Shown here: positions 59,933-64,000 of the stretch, in pieces
Position numbering within the stretch: position 1 is the first letter of the stretch
Layout of the letters: the number at the start of each line of letters is the position of its first letter
Source: a bacterium
GTDB taxonomy: Bacteria > Armatimonadota > JACIXR01
NCBI GenBank assembly: GCA_014360495.1
Contig: JACIXR010000007.1
Span: 44,501 to 108,500 of the forward strand
Reading direction: 5' to 3'
Length of the DNA stretch: 64,000 bases
The notes under the pieces: generated by a model
Databases searched by the model: none
The model's input: the letters and a program-made list of their open reading frames with translations, nothing else
What the model was told of the DNA's origin: nothing
Made by a program: the position numbers and the translations under genes

Positions 59933-61996
59933 ATGGATTTCCTCTGGGAAATAGGATGTGAGGAACTTCCGCCTCACTTCATTCCTCAGGCGATTAAACA
60001 ATTAAAGGAAGGAGCGGAAAAGCTTCTCAATCAAAAAGACGTCTCTTTCTCAAAGATTTCCGCCTATGGAACTCCAAGACGCCTCGTCCTTTACATTGAA
60101 GATATCGCCCCAATACAAAAAGAGAAAATCTTGGAGATTAAAGGTCCTCCTTATCATATAGCATTTGATGATAAGGGAAATCCAACCCAATCTGCATTTG
60201 GTTTCGCGCGCTCCCAGGGGGTGAATGTTGACGAACTGATTGTTAAGGAGGATAAACAAGGGAAATATGTTTACGCCCTGAAAAAAGAGGCGGGACGCCC
60301 CACAGGCGAAATCTTGAAGGAAGTCTTACCGGAGCTCTTCTCCTCTGTCTTCTTGCCCAAATCTATGCGCTGGGATGCCTCAGGGCTGAGATTCATCCGT
60401 CCCGTCCGCTGGCTTCTCGCCCTCTTAGGAAATGACATCCTTGAATTGAGATTGGGCGATTTGCTCTCCTCTAATAAAACTTATTTGGAAAGATATCTCA
60501 AAGAAGAATTCACCCCTAAGAGCATTGAGGAATATTTTGAAAAATTGCGAGAGGTAGGAATAGTATTAGAACCTATTAAAAGGAGGGAAATCATCATTAA
60601 TGGAGCGAATGAGCTCGCTGAAAGCGTGGGAGGAGAGATAGCTTCCAACGATGAGTTGTTGGAGAAAGTTACCTTTTTGAACGAGAAACCCCGCCCATTC
60701 CTGGGCAGGATAGATGAACGCTTCCTCCATCTGCCCAAGGAAGTTATCATAACCGCTATGCAAAGCTATCTCAACCTTTTCCCCATTGTGGATGAGGAGG
60801 GAAAGCTTCTACCCTATTTCGTTGGAGTGAGGGACGGTGATGAGGAGGGCTTGGAGAATGTAATAGAGGGATATGAGGAGGTGTTAAAAGCTCGCTTAGC
60901 GGATGCTCATTTCTTCTTCGAAGAGGATTTAAAAGTTTCCCTTGAGGAGAGAAGCAAACAGCTGAACGGGATAATCTTCCTGGGTGGATTGGGCACGATA
61001 GCGGATAAAGTGGAGAGGATGATATCCGTTATATCCTCCCTTTCCATAGATGGTGATATTAAGGAGAAAGCTATAAGGGTTGCGAGATTATGTAGAGCGG
61101 ACCTAACCACGAATATGGTAAAGGAATTCCCCGACCTCCAGGGAATTATTGGCAGATGTTATGCCCTTCTCCAAGGGGAAGAGGAGGAGGTAGCGAGCGC
61201 TATTTACGAATCCTATCAATACAACCTCTCTCCCGATGGTATATGGACACCGCTCGGCAGGTTAATCAGTTTGGTGGATAAAATGGATACGCTCGTGGGC
61301 GCATTCAATCTCGGCTTACAGCCAACCGGGTCTTCAGACCCATTCGCATTGAGGAGGGCTTGCCAAACTGTAATAGATATCCTGCGGGATGAAAAGAAAA
61401 TCCAGTTTAAAGATTTATTAGAAAAAGTTATACAAACTTATACAGAAAAGGGAATAGAACCAAAGGGAATGGACGAGCTGCGGGAATTCATCAAAAATAG
61501 GATTGGGCTCTCCTTGAGGGATATGGGGATAAGATACGACATCGTAAACGCCGTCTTGGCGGGAGAATTAGAGGATATAAGAGATGTCTTCCAGAGAGCT
61601 CTTGCCCTTGAGGAGCTTAGAGAGAATGAGGAGTTCATACCCGCTGTTATGGCGTCGGTCAGGTTAATTAATATACTTCGTCAGGGAGAGCGGAGGGGGG
61701 AGAAAATAAGGGAAGAAGTGAAGGAGGAACTGCTTCTCCTCCCCGAGGAAAAAGAGCTTTATGAGCAGGGGAGAAAAGTCAGGGAAAAAGTGGAGGAACT
61801 CAGGCAAAATGAGGATTACAAATCCATTTTCCTTGAGCTTTCTTCTCTAAAGGATTTGATAAATAGATTCTTTGATAAGGTTTTGGTTATGACGGAAGAT
61901 GATGAGTTGAGGGCGAATAGGCTTGCCCTCGTCAACTCAATCTGGAAGATGTTTTTCCTCTTCGGCGATTTATCTCAAATCGTTATTGAGGGATGA
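59933..61996 (+). CDS. glyS: Glycine--tRNA ligase beta subunit
   Basis: 687 aa. N-terminal LWEIGCEELPPHFIPQAIKQL and C-terminal anticodon-binding/DALR-like region. Starts immediately after the glyQ stop. Confidence 0.93.
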   Translation: MDFLWEIGCEELPPHFIPQAIKQLKEGAEKLLNQKDVSFSKISAYGTPRRLVLYIEDIAPIQKEKILEIKGPPYHIAFDDKGNPTQSAFGFARSQGVNVDELIVKEDKQGKYVYALKKEAGRPTGEILKEVLPELFSSVFLPKSMRWDASGLRFIRPVRWLLALLGNDILELRLGDLLSSNKTYLERYLKEEFTPKSIEEYFEKLREVGIVLEPIKRREIIINGANELAESVGGEIASNDELLEKVTFLNEKPRPFLGRIDERFLHLPKEVIITAMQSYLNLFPIVDEEGKLLPYFVGVRDGDEEGLENVIEGYEEVLKARLADAHFFFEEDLKVSLEERSKQLNGIIFLGGLGTIADKVERMISVISSLSIDGDIKEKAIRVARLCRADLTTNMVKEFPDLQGIIGRCYALLQGEEEEVASAIYESYQYNLSPDGIWTPLGRLISLVDKMDTLVGAFNLGLQPTGSSDPFALRRACQTVIDILRDEKKIQFKDLLEKVIQTYTEKGIEPKGMDELREFIKNRIGLSLRDMGIRYDIVNAVLAGELEDIRDVFQRALALEELRENEEFIPAVMASVRLINILRQGERRGEKIREEVKEELLLLPEEKELYEQGRKVREKVEELRQNEDYKSIFLELSSLKDLINRFFDKVLVMTEDDELRANRLALVNSIWKMFFLFGDLSQIVIEG

Positions 61997-63057
61997 AAAG
62001 GATGCTCCCAAGGGAAGTTACAGAGGAGAGGGAAAAGCAATTTCTTTCTCCTTTCGCCACTCTTTCCATCAATAGCAAAGGAAGGCAAAAGCCAGAGGAG
62101 AAATGCGATATAAGAACGGATTTTCAGCGGGATAGAGACAGGATTATCCACAGCAAGGCATTTAGACGGTTAAAGCACAAAACGCAGGTATTCATCGCTC
62201 CCGAGGGAGACCATTATCGCACCCGCTTAACCCATACGCTTGAGGTCTCCCAAATAGCCCGAACGGTGGGAAGAGCACTAAGGCTTAACGAGGATTTAAT
62301 TGAAGCGATTTCCTTGGCTCACGACATCGGGCACACCCCCTTCGGGCACGCCGGGGAGGATGCACTGGATTCCATAATCAAAAAATATATTCCATCGGCA
62401 AGCTTCCGCCATAACGAGCAAGGATTGAGAGTGGTTGATTTCCTTGAGAAAAACGGAGAGGGATTGAATCTGACCTATGAAGTAAGGGAGGGCATCCTCT
62501 ATCACAGCAAGGGGATGGAGGATTTGCGGAAGGCTTTAAGGGAAAAAGGAAAAGTTACTTTAGAGGCGCAAGTCGTGATGGTCGCCGACCGCATAGCGTA
62601 TATCAATCACGACATTGATGACGCTATACGAGCGGAATTGATTAAAGAGGAGGATATCCCTCAAGAATGTTTACATATATTGGGAAGAACTCATTCAGAA
62701 AGAATCGGAAAAATGGTACGAGATGTCATAAGGGAGAGCGAGGGGAAACCCTATATAGCTCTCTCCGAGGAAATCCTCAATGCTATGGAGCTGATGAAGA
62801 ACTTCCTTTACGAAACCGTTTACCGGCATCCCCTTATTTTACAGGAATTGGAGAAAGCGAAGAGATTGCTATATCAGCTTTTTGAATTCTATATGGAAAA
62901 CCCTTCTCTCCTCCCCGCCTTCCTCCAGCCAGAGGAGGCAAAACAAGAGGATATCGCGAGGGCGGTATGTGATTTCATAGCGGGGATGACCGACCACTAT
63001 GCCTATAGAATGTTCGCCACTCATCTTCTGCCCCATAGATGGGAGGAAGGGATATGA
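61993..63057 (+). CDS. dNTP triphosphohydrolase-like HD-domain protein (dGTPase family)
   Basis: 354 aa. HSKAFRRLKHKTQVF...HYRTRLTHTLEVSQIARTVG...LAHDIGHTPFGHAGE (HD motif). Overlaps the glyS stop. Confidence 0.85.
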   Translation: MKRMLPREVTEEREKQFLSPFATLSINSKGRQKPEEKCDIRTDFQRDRDRIIHSKAFRRLKHKTQVFIAPEGDHYRTRLTHTLEVSQIARTVGRALRLNEDLIEAISLAHDIGHTPFGHAGEDALDSIIKKYIPSASFRHNEQGLRVVDFLEKNGEGLNLTYEVREGILYHSKGMEDLRKALREKGKVTLEAQVVMVADRIAYINHDIDDAIRAELIKEEDIPQECLHILGRTHSERIGKMVRDVIRESEGKPYIALSEEILNAMELMKNFLYETVYRHPLILQELEKAKRLLYQLFEFYMENPSLLPAFLQPEEAKQEDIARAVCDFIAGMTDHYAYRMFATHLLPHRWEEGI

Positions 63058-63704
63058 AGAGATTATTATGGGATGTATCCCACAGCGAATTCAGCATAAC
63101 AGACCACTATTACTTCTCGAAGCTTGAGAATTACCTCAAGCAATGGGGAGTGGAATTAGAGGAGAGGGAAGAGCCTTTGACTTTAAAAAGGCTTTCTAAA
63201 TACGATATTCTCGTCCTCTGCTATCCAGAAAAGCCCTTCAATCTGCGGGAAAGAAGGGCTATAAGGAGATTCTTAGAGAGGGGCGGAAAAGTGATAATAG
63301 CGAGCTATTATCGCTGCTCGGATAGGGTTGCCACCATCTGCAATAGCCTCACAGCAGAGTTGGGTATTAAGTTCCACGAAGATGAGGTCTTAGACCCCGT
63401 CAACTGCTTGGATAACGACCCTCTTTTATTATTGACATCCAGAATATCCCCGAAATTGAAGGGCATTTCCCGCGTATTCTTCCCCTGCAGTGCTTCTTTG
63501 GAGATAGAGGAGGGAATAGAGCCTTTGATTTTGGGTGAGGAAACCGCCCGCAGCGCGGTGCGGGGAGGGGAAGTGATTTTATCCGCAAGGGTGAGAGTGG
63601 GTAAAGGAGAGCTCGTAGCGCTCGGCACCTGCGTTTTCTGGGATAATTTCGCGATAGAGAAATTTGACAACCTCAAGCTTTGCGAGATTTTGCTCTCAAC
63701 TTAA
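63054..63704 (+). CDS. Hypothetical protein
   Basis: About 216 aa from ATG 63054 (ATGA overlap with the upstream stop); the ORF track start is 63039. No confident motif. Confidence 0.35.
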   Translation: MKRLLWDVSHSEFSITDHYYFSKLENYLKQWGVELEEREEPLTLKRLSKYDILVLCYPEKPFNLRERRAIRRFLERGGKVIIASYYRCSDRVATICNSLTAELGIKFHEDEVLDPVNCLDNDPLLLLTSRISPKLKGISRVFFPCSASLEIEEGIEPLILGEETARSAVRGGEVILSARVRVGKGELVALGTCVFWDNFAIEKFDNLKLCEILLST

Positions 63705-64000
63705 TAGATGATAAAGGAAACCACGAAAATCAAGGAGATAATGAACATCAAGGGGTGGACTTCCCTCGCCTTGCCGAGGAGGAGCTTGACGAGGGAATAA
63801 GCGATGAAGCCGTAGCCAATCCCGTGAGAGATGCTGTAGGTTAAAGGGATGGTAAGGAGAATCACGAAGGAAGGGAAAGCCTCTTCTATATCATTCCAAG
63901 GTATATCCTTGACAACCGTCATCATCAGAAAACCTACTATTATGAGGGCAGGCGCAACAGCCTCGCTTGGAACTATTGAGAGAAGGGGAGCGAAGAAGGC
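63701..64000 (-). CDS. NCS2/AGZA-family nucleobase permease-like protein, C-terminal fragment; 5' end lies outside the window
   Basis: Minus-strand frame is open from the window edge to the stop at 63701. C-terminus ...AVAPALIIVGFLMMTVVKDIPWNDIEEAFPSFVILLTIPLTYSISHGIGYGFIAYSLVKLL resembles purine-permease C-termini. Confidence 0.55.
   Translation of the reverse strand, partial: AFFAPLLSIVPSEAVAPALIIVGFLMMTVVKDIPWNDIEEAFPSFVILLTIPLTYSISHGIGYGFIAYSLVKLLLGKAREVHPLMFIISLIFVVSFIIY

Overview
Bacterial window (bacterial-type ClpXP/Lon/trigger factor, α/β GlyRS, DivIVA, Shine-Dalgarno sites, CCA-encoding tRNAs), about 50% GC, with Glu/Lys-rich proteins. A DUF1559 prepilin-like protein hints at a PVC/Armatimonadota-like lineage, but the lineage is not resolved. 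All calls are from reading the ORF translations and DNA by eye; no database or HMM search was run. Layout: (1) 1-5150, a ThiD-like fragment plus a minus-strand operon DegT aminotransferase / NDP-sugar pyrophosphorylase / AhcY / TagA-like glycosyltransferase / ComF; (2) 5219-12142, a secreted HExxH protein, a DUF2961 (GH172-like) protein, RsmE, ProC, DivIVA and a CPBP protease; (3) 12174-34025, a glycan-degradation region with three giant secreted multidomain proteins (1263, 1225 and 1451 aa), a GH51 arabinofuranosidase, a CehA-like metallohydrolase, a DUF1559 protein, a metallophosphoesterase and a UroD-family protein; (4) 35585-48800, a co-directional housekeeping block cobO-nrdJ-polX-valS-lon-clpX-clpP-tig plus tRNA-Gly(UCC) and tRNA-Leu(UAG); (5) 49094-50967, a lipoprotein and a TPR protein; (6) 51503-54631, the most interesting element: an archaeal-type methanol:corrinoid methyltransferase module (MtaB plus a fused MtaA-MtaC) behind an unusual regulatory region; (7) 54660-58949, an orphan tandem-zf-HC2 anti-sigma factor with a giant repeat-containing outer-membrane protein; (8) 59084-64000, glyQ, glyS, a dGTPase-like HD protein, a hypothetical protein and a truncated permease. 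No CRISPR array, mobile element or rRNA was seen.
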